Below are positions 18,119-27,543 of a DNA stretch of 64,000 nt, one piece after another. The position numbers and the translations under genes are program-made. Positions within the stretch are counted from its first letter, which is position 1, and the number at the start of each line of letters is the position of its first letter. The stretch is from assembly GCA_050633245.1 (NCBI GenBank), contig JBOEGD010000001.1:343190-407189 (forward strand), in the 5' to 3' direction. Origin of the DNA: Calditrichia bacterium. Lineage in GTDB: Bacteria > Calditrichota > Calditrichia > RBG-13-44-9 > J075. Under the pieces are notes generated by a model. That model saw nothing but the letters and a program-made list of their open reading frames with translations. It searched no databases and was not told where the DNA came from.

Positions 18119-19093
18119 GTGAAAAAGATTAAAAACGACTCGCCGTCTTTTGCGAATTATAATGTCAGCCGTCGGGATTTTATTCGTTTCCTTACACTAT
18201 CAGGCATTTCAGCAACATTCTTTCCATATTTGGCTTTCGGCGACTCCTGTGATCTGACAACCGATGACATTCAGGGGCCGTTCTACAGTCCCGGTGCTCC
18301 GATGCGTACGGTCCTTGCTAGTTCCAATGAACCCGGTAGTCGCCTGTTTATTTCCGGAACGATATATGGAGACGATTGCACAACGCCTTTGGAAGGGACG
18401 ATTGTTGACGTGTGGGCTGCCAATGATTCAGGATGCTACGGCCGTTTTGAGTCCTGTACTCCCGCCGGAGATGCGTTTAACCTGCGCGGCCAGATGTTGA
18501 CAAATTCCGCAGGGCAATATGCTTTCGAGACGATTCGACCCGGAGCATACCTCAACGGTAATCAATTCCGCCCACAGCATATTCACCTTCGATTTGTATC
18601 ACCCGGTGGCGTTATTCTTGTTACGCAACTCTACTTTGAGGGAGATCCATATATTGCTGATGATCCCTGGGCATCAAGTCCGGATGCCGTCAATCGGATA
18701 ATTCCTCTGACGCAGCAAACCGATGGCTACCATGGTGTGTTTGATGCGAATTTGGATGAAGAAATAGTGACAGGTATAGACGACCCTGATGAACTCTCAC
18801 CGGATCAGTCTTTCTTACATCAAAATTACCCTAACCCATTTAACGGGCAAACAACCATTCGATATTCATTACCCACAGCGGCACGCGTTCGTTTGGCTGT
18901 TTATGATCAGGCCGGACGAGAAATTACTCGACTTGAAGACATTGTGAAACCAGCGGGTTTTTATACGAGCGCATGGAACGGAGAAAATTATAATGGCCGG
19001 AGTATGTCCAGCGGTATCTACTATTACCGTTTATCTACTGAAGCTAAAGAGGGTCGGTTTACCCAGACAAGAAAGCTCTTGATGATTAAGTGA
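18119..19093 (+). CDS. Intradiol ring-cleavage dioxygenase-family protein with Tat signal and FlgD-Ig/T9SS-type CTD
   Basis: SRRDFI Tat motif, QGPFY, VDVWAANDSGCY, LRG, TIRPGAY, RPQHIH and TQLYF, followed by QNYPNPFN...SSGIYYY. Confidence 0.88.
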   Translation: MKKIKNDSPSFANYNVSRRDFIRFLTLSGISATFFPYLAFGDSCDLTTDDIQGPFYSPGAPMRTVLASSNEPGSRLFISGTIYGDDCTTPLEGTIVDVWAANDSGCYGRFESCTPAGDAFNLRGQMLTNSAGQYAFETIRPGAYLNGNQFRPQHIHLRFVSPGGVILVTQLYFEGDPYIADDPWASSPDAVNRIIPLTQQTDGYHGVFDANLDEEIVTGIDDPDELSPDQSFLHQNYPNPFNGQTTIRYSLPTAARVRLAVYDQAGREITRLEDIVKPAGFYTSAWNGENYNGRSMSSGIYYYRLSTEAKEGRFTQTRKLLMIK

Positions 19094-19303
19094 TGGGAAT
19101 GTCTGGTTGGTTAAATTTTAGAGACGAAAATGTGCACCTGACCGCGCTCCATATAAACTCCATCGAAGTGCACATTTTTGTTGACTAGACTGTTAAAATG
19201 TTTGTCTCAACGCCTAGACTCCGCTCGGCGTGACATAATTGTTGATATAGATTTCAAACTGTACCTCGTACTGTTGTTTTATGTTCACGCCAATCAGGTC
19301 TAA

Positions 19304-20170
19304 TCATCTCATCTTATAAATAAGGCCGCCTGCATCGTCAACGATATAGGCAGAGCCTGTCGTGTCGAAGGCAATGCCTTCCTGCTGTGTGCCGGGGATT
19401 CTATAGCACGAGCGAATGTCTCCATTGAGCCCCAGAGAGAATACGGCGTTGCGATTATCGCTTACGGCAAGAAAACCATTCGTTACCGCATCGTAATGAA
19501 GTCCTGAAACGCTGCCAAGCTGCAGCGGGATGCTGCGAATCACGCGCCCGGTGCTTCCGTTACTTTGGTCCTTGATTGGAAGTTCAACTTCAAAAATAGC
19601 CGAGGGATTATCCGGATCATCGATTAAGCTGCTCTTGTTAGCCAGATAAAAAACACCGCCCTGAACATGTTGGCTGTCCGGTCTGAACGTAATTCCTTCA
19701 ATTGCAAGTGCCTCAGAATTAATTACCGGCGAGCCGCTCAGGGTCCAGTCAATAAGATATTCTTCCTCAACGTCAAAATTCCCCGGATCAACTTCCAGAA
19801 CCAGACTTTCATCTTCGATGACGATATAGAGAAGGCCAGTGGAAGGATCAACCGTTATTCCTTCGAAATCTGCCTGTCGAACTTGCTCACGGTCCACCGT
19901 GGTTCCATCGAGAGCAACCTCGACGACATCGCCTTCATCTTCAACCACATATAGTGTATTTCGAATTTCGTGAAATACGATTCCGGATGGTTCTGATAGA
20001 TTGGTCGGGCGAATTTCATCTACAATAGTAAAAATGTTGGGCGCAGCGCAATCTGCTCCACGGTCTTCCGGATCGTTCCCCGATTTACAGCTGGAAATCA
20101 GAATTAAGAAGAGAGAGGTGAGTAACAGTAGATGCGGTTTTATAAAACCAGTGCGAGAAGGAGAGTGCAT
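19304..20170 (-). CDS. SdiA-regulated/YjiK-like beta-propeller lipoprotein
   Basis: Lipobox ISSC and repeated EPSGI, DFEGIT, IEGIT, VSGL, QQEGIA blades. Confidence 0.75.
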   Translation of the reverse strand: MHSPSRTGFIKPHLLLLTSLFLILISSCKSGNDPEDRGADCAAPNIFTIVDEIRPTNLSEPSGIVFHEIRNTLYVVEDEGDVVEVALDGTTVDREQVRQADFEGITVDPSTGLLYIVIEDESLVLEVDPGNFDVEEEYLIDWTLSGSPVINSEALAIEGITFRPDSQHVQGGVFYLANKSSLIDDPDNPSAIFEVELPIKDQSNGSTGRVIRSIPLQLGSVSGLHYDAVTNGFLAVSDNRNAVFSLGLNGDIRSCYRIPGTQQEGIAFDTTGSAYIVDDAGGLIYKMR

Positions 20171-20374
20171 GATTAAGGTCTTTACGCTTAAAGTTCGATT
20201 ATTTGAAAAGCACCACGTCGTATCGGATATCGATTGAATGTAGTACATTGTCTGAAATTGATTGATGAATGTAAGCTAAAGACACTCGAATCACAACTTA
20301 TCCAGAGGTGTGGGGATTCAGCGTCATTATTAATCTGATAAAGCTTTAATTGTTTATTCAACCCAAGGCATCTG

Positions 20375-21226
20375 ATGGCATCTTCCAAAAAGATTACGTT
20401 TAAGATTCTAGAGCAGTTCATTCAGCCCAAAACCGGTGATATGAAAAACTGTGAAGATCGCGTACATATTAGCGAGAATTATGTTGCAGTGATTGACGGA
20501 ACGACCTCTCGGACGAATAGAAAGTGGCGACGTGAGACCGGCGGTCAGCTGGTTGCGCGGGTAATTGACGAGTCGCTGCATTTACTAAATAGCAAGGCCA
20601 ATGCTTTTGAAGCAGTGGAATTCATAACATCCCGAGTCGATGATGCGTTTAAAAATGTCGGTTTGACTGAGGCCATTGCATCAGGAAAAGTTGAAACGCC
20701 ATCAGCATCATTTTGTGCGCTGAGCTTGTCGCGTCGTGAGCTGTGGTCGGTCGGTGATTGTCGCTATCGCATAGGTGGGAATATTTACATGCCTGAAAAA
20801 TATCTCGATACGCTATTGGCGGAGGTAAGAGCTCTGCGGCTGGAGATTGCCCTGAAAGACGGAGCAACTATTGAAGAACTACGCGAGAAAGATTCGGGAC
20901 GTAGATTTATTCTGCCGCTATTGAAAAAAATGAGCATGTTCTCGAATCGGAAGGTGGAGCCCTATGGCTATCCTGTAATCAATGGTTTGCCGGTTCTGGA
21001 GCAAGATATTCATATTCGCAACGTGCCGAAGAAAACGAAATCGATTATTCTCGCATCGGATGGTTATCCTGCCTTGAAGAAGTCTTTGAAGAAAGCAGAA
21101 GCTCACCTGCAAAAGCTGCTGGCAAGGGATCCACTATTATTTCGCGATCTTAAATCGACAAAGGGAGTTATTAAGGGAAACCTCTCGTTTGATGATAGAA
21201 GCTGGATCAAGATACGGCTTAGGTGA
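20375..21226 (+). CDS. PP2C/PPM-fold phosphatase-like protein
   Basis: CED, VIDGTT, VGDC, LASDG and FDDRS metal-binding motifs. Confidence 0.7.
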   Translation: MASSKKITFKILEQFIQPKTGDMKNCEDRVHISENYVAVIDGTTSRTNRKWRRETGGQLVARVIDESLHLLNSKANAFEAVEFITSRVDDAFKNVGLTEAIASGKVETPSASFCALSLSRRELWSVGDCRYRIGGNIYMPEKYLDTLLAEVRALRLEIALKDGATIEELREKDSGRRFILPLLKKMSMFSNRKVEPYGYPVINGLPVLEQDIHIRNVPKKTKSIILASDGYPALKKSLKKAEAHLQKLLARDPLLFRDLKSTKGVIKGNLSFDDRSWIKIRLR

Positions 21227-21330
21227 TGATTTTTCCTGTCCATCCTTACCATACCATCCATATTGGAACGGTTGACAAGCTTTTGCCGAATAGAGCGGAA
21301 TAGTCATGAAGCCTTCATTGAGTCGGCGAT

Positions 21331-21852
21331 TTAGTGCTGAGAATCGTTTTTTGCTCCGTAAGCTTTGGCAAAATCTTCTGCTATTTTCCAGGTATCCCAT
21401 ATCGGTTTTTCTATAGCCGCTAAGGCAATGCTGTCAGCCTCTCCGCGGGATCGGATACTGTCGAATGCTTCATGCAGCTCACCACGAAGCGCAGGGTATG
21501 TTTCCAGGAATTCTATTGAGGCTTCCCAAGACTCAATATGTGCCTTAAATGCACTCGTGAATTCCTGCGGGCATTTGCTGAAATCGATCTGCCTGAGTGC
21601 TTTCGAATAGTTGCGAACTGTCTGAGCCAGAGTCGTATCTTTGGGAGCATTATTTCTTATGGCACCCAGTGCACTGTCTTTCTCCAGAACCATTTTAATC
21701 GCTGCGGTATAAGATGATTCTTCAGAGGTTTCTTTCTGCGTCTCTGACTTTTTGCTTTCACAACCGCATATAAGTAGAATAAAAACAAGCAAAAAGGTGA
21801 AGGGATAATTATTTAGCCTACTTTTGTTTGCAGAAGAATGAGAAAAAATCAT
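21331..21852 (-). CDS. Hypothetical lipoprotein
   Basis: Hydrophobic segment with ICGC lipobox, helical remainder. Confidence 0.6.
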   Translation of the reverse strand: MIFSHSSANKSRLNNYPFTFLLVFILLICGCESKKSETQKETSEESSYTAAIKMVLEKDSALGAIRNNAPKDTTLAQTVRNYSKALRQIDFSKCPQEFTSAFKAHIESWEASIEFLETYPALRGELHEAFDSIRSRGEADSIALAAIEKPIWDTWKIAEDFAKAYGAKNDSQH

Positions 21853-21984
21853 ATGATTATCCTCCAGTATGATAGCAGGTTAACGATACAAAAATTTAGC
21901 CAGTGGCTTCTTCAGGAGCAACTCATTCCTGCCAAAAATTGTGCTGTATTTATTGCTATGCATATCAAGCCCAAATGTTCTCGC

Positions 21985-22380
21985 TTAATGAGGATAACCG
22001 TCTTTTTGTCTCTCCCGTAAAATACCTCCCCAAATAGTTGCCGGAACCATTGTGAGTAAGTAGACCATTTTGTAAGAGGTTGGCTCTACTGAGACAGCAA
22101 TGATGATTGAAATAGTCGTAACAAGCGCCATGATGGTCGCCAAAACAACTGCATGTTTTGTTTCGGAATGCCCGGCAATGCGTGTCGCAACATAACCTCC
22201 CAGCAGAGAGAAGAGGAGGTTGAATGGGATACTCGCTATGATTTTAATAGCTGGATCCCAATTAAAAACGGGCTGCACATAATTCATGACCACAAAGGTC
22301 ATATTCGAAACGGCCAGGATGAAGTAACCAACGAGAATTGAGGCAATGCTTCGCAAAATAGATCGCATGGAAAGGGACAT
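21985..22380 (-). CDS. Four-TM membrane protein
   Basis: MRSILRSIASILVGY...LGGYVATRIA...HAVVLA, four hydrophobic segments. Confidence 0.7.
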   Translation of the reverse strand: MSLSMRSILRSIASILVGYFILAVSNMTFVVMNYVQPVFNWDPAIKIIASIPFNLLFSLLGGYVATRIAGHSETKHAVVLATIMALVTTISIIIAVSVEPTSYKMVYLLTMVPATIWGGILRERQKDGYPH

Positions 22381-22502
22381 GATAAGAGACTCCGTTGTAT
22401 GGTGTGTGGAGATATTAACTACGCCATAAACTACGGAGATGTCGGCCGTGATTTTTGTTAATTCTTCCAAGGAACTCTAAGGAAAGCTGTTAAAATCAAC
22501 TT

Positions 22503-23012
22503 TTACCAGCGGCTTATAAGGACAAGAACCTCCACTGCAACCTGAACGAGTAAAACCGTTAAGAATAAGGCAACAATGACGGAGATAACCAGAAAGCGGA
22601 GTCCAACGCGCTGCTCAAGCTGCGAAAGTAAAGACCTATGATTATTTGCTTCAACTGTTTCCGCGGGCAGTGGCTGCAAAAGCATGCGATAGCCAAATCG
22701 ATGAAGTGTTTTAATATAGCGCGGTTTATGGGCGCTATCGCCCAGCGCTTTGCGAAGATTACTCACAGCAACAGTTAAGACTTCCTCGCTATGAATTCCA
22801 TCGCCCCAGACTCCTTTAAGAATCTCATCCTTTGATAGGTTCCGACAGCTGTTTTCGGTAAAGTAGACCAACAGCTGCATCACGATGTGTTCAAGTTGTT
22901 GCGTCTGATTTTCGGAAACTAGTTCATTTGAGTCCGGCTTCACCAGCCATTTGCCAAGCTGAAAGGTATTACTCACAATAGCATCCTTTTTCCAATTTGA
23001 ACTGTAGCCCAC
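22503..23012 (-). CDS. CadC/ToxR-like membrane-anchored winged-helix regulator
   Basis: FQLGKWLV.P, LE...MQLLVY, SKDEILKGVW, LTVAVSNLRKALGD...YIKTLHRFGYR, then one C-terminal TM helix. Confidence 0.85.
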   Translation of the reverse strand: MGYSSNWKKDAIVSNTFQLGKWLVKPDSNELVSENQTQQLEHIVMQLLVYFTENSCRNLSKDEILKGVWGDGIHSEEVLTVAVSNLRKALGDSAHKPRYIKTLHRFGYRMLLQPLPAETVEANNHRSLLSQLEQRVGLRFLVISVIVALFLTVLLVQVAVEVLVLISRW

Positions 23013-23155
23013 CTTCTCGTAGTAATTACAAACAATAATAGTAATTCCTGAGAATTAAGGGACATTTTTTCTGAAGCTGCCTATCTCTACACCGCAACAG
23101 GTTTATTACATAACGACGCTTGAAGTGACAGAAAAGATCGCCTCTCATTTTTTTA

Positions 23156-23205
23156 TTGACATTGTAGCTTTCTACTAGTATGTTAGTTTTAACTAATAGA
23201 TTAGT
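23156..23205 (+). promoter_or_regulatory. blaI promoter with two ACTA-N6-TAGT operators
   Basis: TTGACA at 23156. Palindromes at 23174-23187 and 23192-23205. Confidence 0.65.
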
Positions 23206-23218
23206 AGGAAGGGGTAAA

Positions 23219-23593
23219 ATGTCAAAAAAACGTTTAGGCGATGTAGAGCTGGAAATCTACAATATTGTCTGCCGACGCAAAGAAGCATCGGTGCAGGAGG
23301 TAGTGGACGATATTAGCAAGAATCGGAAGACGGCCTATACATCAGTCATGACAACAATGAAGATTTTAGCGGACAAAGGATATTTAGCCTACAAACGCGT
23401 TGGCAAAAAGTTTGTGTATTCGCCGGCAATTCAGCCGGGAGAACTGCGACGCAGTCTGCTGGAACGCACGCTGGAAAGTGTCTTTGCCGGGTCGGCACTG
23501 GATCTGGTGCAATCACTTGTGAAATCAGAGAAAATCAGCAAATCCGAATTGGCTGAGATTAAAAAAATGCTAAACGAAATGGATGACGAATAA
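23219..23593 (+). CDS. BlaI/MecI/CopY-family repressor
   Basis: LGDVELEI, AYTSVMTTMKILADKGYL, FAGSALDLVQSLV. Confidence 0.92.
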   Translation: MSKKRLGDVELEIYNIVCRRKEASVQEVVDDISKNRKTAYTSVMTTMKILADKGYLAYKRVGKKFVYSPAIQPGELRRSLLERTLESVFAGSALDLVQSLVKSEKISKSELAEIKKMLNEMDDE

Positions 23594-25329
23594 TGGAATA
23601 TCTGCTGTCCTCACGCGACTGGATTTTTTATTTACTGCAGATCAACCTGATATGGAGCATTGGCTTTACGGTTTTGTTTCTTCTTCTGCGCAATGGAAAT
23701 CCAATAACCCGCTATCGAGCTTTCATGACGTTTCACTTGTTGCTGCCAATTGGACTGGTAGTCTCGCTGCTGTTAAATATGGATGGGGCGAGCTCAGCCG
23801 TCGTCTCCGATGAGCTGACGTATAACTTGTTCTATGAAACGCCGATGCTAAGTGACATTGCGCCAATTGCTGTCGACCCCATTCAGTCGGAGCCTGTTAA
23901 TCAACTTTTTTCTACGGCCTTACTCTTTATAGCCGGAATAATAATGTTGCTGCTTGGTAAATTTGCTTTGCAGTGCTTTCAGCTCTTCCGTTTTGCCGGT
24001 GAAGAGGAAAGCGACTTAAAGGAAATAATGGATGAGCTGTCTGTCGAGATCGCCTTGAAGAAGAGGGTTCGCATGTTGCTGACTCGCTTTGCGATTACCC
24101 CGTTTAGCTTTGGTTGGCGCCGGCCTTTAATCGTGATTCCGGAACTGATACGCGCGAAGTGTTCAGGCGAGCAGATACGAATGATCTTAAGGCATGAGCT
24201 TATCCATATTCGCCGCAATGATTTTATCTACAATACACTACAAAAGCTAACGCGTATCTTCTTTGTTTACAATCCACTCATTCATCTAAGTGATCGTCTG
24301 ATAGACGACAATCGCGAAATCATTTGCGATCAACAGGTGCTGGAACTGCCGGGAGTATCCCGTAAGGCGTACGCCACAACGCTGCTAAAAGTAAACGAGA
24401 TACTTTTCCCCGGCGTTCAACTATCGGCTGCTGTGCCATTCTATCGTAAATTTTCACAATTAAAAGGGAGAATTTCTATGATTAAGGATTATTCATCCAG
24501 TCAAATTTCTACTCAATACAAATTGACGGTCGGGATTATTACGCTGATTTGCCTCGTTGGCATGGCGCTGACTGCACTTCAGGCCGCTGAAGATAATAAA
24601 GAACAGCTTTTCGAAAGCAAAAATCAAAAAGTTCGAATTACCAGCAACTATGTTGAAATAACGAAAGATGGTAAGAAGAATCGTTACGACAAAAACTCGC
24701 AGGAATTTGCGGAATGGCAGCGTCGCTTTGCTGTTTTGGAAACCTCTAAGGAAGAGTTAATGAGACGCGAAGCAGAATTGAAAGCAGATCATGATGCGAT
24801 GGTTCAGGAGAGGAAGCTTGCGATTCAGCAAAAACGTCTTGAGCTCGAACTGATGCAGGAGCAATTGAAGCAGGAACGCTCTCAAGCTCAAAAATCCACT
24901 GTACAATCCCAAAATGATAGGCAGCAGAGCGTTGAACTTCGCCGCAAGCTGATTGAGGAACAGCGCCAGCAGCTGCAAAAGATGCAGGAAAATACCTCTC
25001 TTAAAATTGATAAACTGCAACAGCATGTTATGCAATTATCCGAGGAGTTAAGGACACGCAAAGCTCAACTGGATAGCAAAAGAGAAACAATTGCACCCAA
25101 AGTTGATGAGATGGACACGATTATCAATGCATTGCGACGTCAGCTACAGAAGGATGGCCTAATCGGAAAGAATGAAAAATACTTCAATTTCCATATGGAG
25201 GCAGATCGTATAGAAGTGGATGACAAGCGTATTGCTGACAACTACTATGATCGTTACCGGAAGCTTATTGAGCGTATTAAGGGAAAGGAAATGACGTTTC
25301 CATATACGGCGAGCGTTGTGAAGAGTTAG
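23593..25329 (+). CDS. BlaR1/M56 metallopeptidase with coiled-coil C-terminal domain
   Basis: PFSFGW.RP.I, HELIHIRRND, YNPL, REIICD and LKGRI motifs. Coupled to blaI by a TAATG overlap. Confidence 0.9.
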   Translation: MEYLLSSRDWIFYLLQINLIWSIGFTVLFLLLRNGNPITRYRAFMTFHLLLPIGLVVSLLLNMDGASSAVVSDELTYNLFYETPMLSDIAPIAVDPIQSEPVNQLFSTALLFIAGIIMLLLGKFALQCFQLFRFAGEEESDLKEIMDELSVEIALKKRVRMLLTRFAITPFSFGWRRPLIVIPELIRAKCSGEQIRMILRHELIHIRRNDFIYNTLQKLTRIFFVYNPLIHLSDRLIDDNREIICDQQVLELPGVSRKAYATTLLKVNEILFPGVQLSAAVPFYRKFSQLKGRISMIKDYSSSQISTQYKLTVGIITLICLVGMALTALQAAEDNKEQLFESKNQKVRITSNYVEITKDGKKNRYDKNSQEFAEWQRRFAVLETSKEELMRREAELKADHDAMVQERKLAIQQKRLELELMQEQLKQERSQAQKSTVQSQNDRQQSVELRRKLIEEQRQQLQKMQENTSLKIDKLQQHVMQLSEELRTRKAQLDSKRETIAPKVDEMDTIINALRRQLQKDGLIGKNEKYFNFHMEADRIEVDDKRIADNYYDRYRKLIERIKGKEMTFPYTASVVKS

Positions 25330-25424
25330 ATGAATCGTGAATCATTAGTATAATAACTTATCGAACAGATTTAAGAACTCCAGAGGGGTGATACAAAGGC
25401 TATAGTACTAATAGTCAATGTAAC

Positions 25425-26327
25425 TTAACGAAGTAGCAGCATTTTTTTGGTCATGATAAACCTGTTCGAAACCATTGTAAATAAATAGACACCGGAGGCA
25501 ACGTTTTTATCGCGAGAATCTTTACCGTTCCAGATCTCGGCATGAGCGCCAGCAGCTTTGTACGAGTCTACCAGCGTTGTCACCTCAAGACCTAAGGTGT
25601 CGTATATCTTTAGTGAAACCTGGCTTCCAATTGGAATCGAATACTTGATTGTGGTGCTGGGATTAAACGGATTGGGATAATTTTGAAATAGTTGAAAACC
25701 GTCCGGTTTAATCTCCGCTTCGCTGCTTATGCCGACGACCGTTCCGTATTGGATTCCCGAAAGAATGCAGCCGGTTAGCAATTGTGAATACTCTGGTGGG
25801 GAAACAGGTGGATCGCCAAAATGTCCTATAAAGCCAGGGCCAAAGCCTTCGAGGAGTGATAGCTGAGAAATGGCGAGTCCATCGAGAACGAAGTAACGTT
25901 GGGTTACTATTTCGCCAAATATTGAAATGTTGTTCATTGCAGTCATTGTCACCTGTGTAAAAAGTCCCCATGAAACGGGCCACGTCTCTCCGACTATTGC
26001 ATCCAGTTTGTAAATCGGATGTTCTTGCATGACGGCTTCATCATAAAAATAAATGAACTGCGAATCTACCCGGACAAATCTGCCGAGGGTTGCATCGAAT
26101 CCAGTCGTGCCGGGACCGACCAATTGCCAATAGGCCTGGCCGTTTGAAAAGACAGTATCGCTAACAACCTCAATGGCTCCTGTAGACAATTGCCCGGATG
26201 AATACACTTGAAAACTCCACTGATTTGCATTTTCCAAAGGAAAGCTGCTTTGGCCGTGAGTGGAGGTTTGAATTAGAAGCAAGGTCAATGCAGCGAACAG
26301 TAGAGTCACTCGAAAATGAACCATCAT
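25425..26327 (-). CDS. Secreted protein with FlgD-Ig/T9SS-type CTD
   Basis: Signal peptide, FPL...NQW.F N-terminal domain, QNYPNPFNPSTTI...ASGVY...KKMLLLR. Confidence 0.8.
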   Translation of the reverse strand: MMVHFRVTLLFAALTLLLIQTSTHGQSSFPLENANQWSFQVYSSGQLSTGAIEVVSDTVFSNGQAYWQLVGPGTTGFDATLGRFVRVDSQFIYFYDEAVMQEHPIYKLDAIVGETWPVSWGLFTQVTMTAMNNISIFGEIVTQRYFVLDGLAISQLSLLEGFGPGFIGHFGDPPVSPPEYSQLLTGCILSGIQYGTVVGISSEAEIKPDGFQLFQNYPNPFNPSTTIKYSIPIGSQVSLKIYDTLGLEVTTLVDSYKAAGAHAEIWNGKDSRDKNVASGVYLFTMVSNRFIMTKKMLLLR

Positions 26328-26361
26328 AAACTCCCGCAATACTTAGCTAATTCTCAAAAAT

Positions 26362-26967
26362 CTAGCTATGGCTCCAATCATCCGGATTGGAGCTGTCATT
26401 CGGTGAAAGACCAATAATATCGCCCTTTGTATTCACGCCTAATCCAACTACTGTACGATTCACATAGTTGAAGTAACTTACTACCTGATTCAGCTCAAGA
26501 ATCTCGCCATCGCAAAAACCGGCTTTCCGCAGGCTATGAATATCTTGTTCAGTTATGCTGTTGTGTTCCAGGGTTAGCTTTCGCGCATACTGGCTTCCGG
26601 CCAACTCTTTACCGGAAAAGAAATTCGCAAGCTGATCCTGATCAACCGCCTGCTGGAATTTTTCTGCGCGAGCATCATCTGTCAACAGGCGCTTAAACCC
26701 CGCAAAGTGATGCTCCACGCAGTAGTCGCAGGCATTTAGATTACTTACATAAACACCCAGCGCTTCCAAATACCACTTCGGCAGAGTGTTGTTCGAATTA
26801 TGCAATACGTTTTTGTAGAGTGTCATATGACCAAGCAGAGAATGAGGTCGCAGGCTGTGAATCGACATGACGTTATCTACATTGTTGCCAGGACCTTTAA
26901 TTTTGTCGTAGATACGTTTTAGTTTCGCATCGGCATCATTATAGCCTATGACTTTTATCCAGCTCAT
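26362..26967 (-). CDS. AhpD/CMD-family peroxidase-related enzyme
   Basis: HSLRP, VSNLNACDYCVEHH and YFNYVNR...GLGV motifs. Confidence 0.88.
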   Translation of the reverse strand: MSWIKVIGYNDADAKLKRIYDKIKGPGNNVDNVMSIHSLRPHSLLGHMTLYKNVLHNSNNTLPKWYLEALGVYVSNLNACDYCVEHHFAGFKRLLTDDARAEKFQQAVDQDQLANFFSGKELAGSQYARKLTLEHNSITEQDIHSLRKAGFCDGEILELNQVVSYFNYVNRTVVGLGVNTKGDIIGLSPNDSSNPDDWSHS

Positions 26968-27087
26968 ACGAATCCTCGCAGCGTTTTTTTGAAAAACAAT
27001 AAAATGTCAGTTCATAAAAAGTGGTGTGATACTTTCAATATAGAAGTGGGGTAGTTGGAAGGCAAGTGCTGTTTGGTGCGGCATTGA

Positions 27088-27138
27088 AACAAATAATACA
27101 AGTTTTTGCTTGTGTTATTTGTTGAATTGATTTATAAT
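27088..27138 (+). promoter_or_regulatory. Long inverted-repeat operator overlapping the -35 of the ribA operon promoter
   Basis: AACAAATAATACAAG-N6-CTTGTGTTATTTGTT (14/15 match). TTGTGT(27110)-17 bp-TATAAT(27133). Confidence 0.7.
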
Positions 27139-27185
27139 CGAATAACAGATCACGAACTCCTAAATAACACATAACAGAAAAGAGG

Positions 27186-27530
27186 ATGCCTATGTTAAGC
27201 TGGACGTTGATTCTTTTTGGTATTGCTGCAGTCGGCGGCGTTGTTTTGGCAATGAATATTTTTCAGGGAAAAGAACTACCCATGCCATTGTCCATTGTCC
27301 ATGGTGTTGTTGCTGCAGGTGGTTTGGTGCTACTTATTGCGGCCCTATTTGGCAGAGAAAACATGGGAATGGCAGGATGGGCTCTGGGTCTGTTCGTATT
27401 GGCTGCCCTTGGTGGATTTGCATTGTTTTCGTTCCACTTACGCAAAGTAGAACATCCCAAGGCTTTGGTTGCGGCACATGGCTTACTCGCGGTTACAGCA
27501 TTTGTAATTCTACTCTTTTCAACACTCTAA
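27186..27530 (+). CDS. Four-TM membrane protein with internal duplication and two His-Gly motifs
   Basis: Halves LF.IAA.GG...P..L.IVHG and LF.LAA.GG...P..L.AAHG. Confidence 0.75.
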   Translation: MPMLSWTLILFGIAAVGGVVLAMNIFQGKELPMPLSIVHGVVAAGGLVLLIAALFGRENMGMAGWALGLFVLAALGGFALFSFHLRKVEHPKALVAAHGLLAVTAFVILLFSTL

Positions 27531-27543
27531 AAAGGAAGCCCCC

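Noticed and set aside
19127-19179. 11-bp inverted repeat AAAATGTGCAC...GTGCACATTTT
   Set aside because: The loop is large and it lies between convergent genes. It is probably a weak terminator, with nothing further to support.
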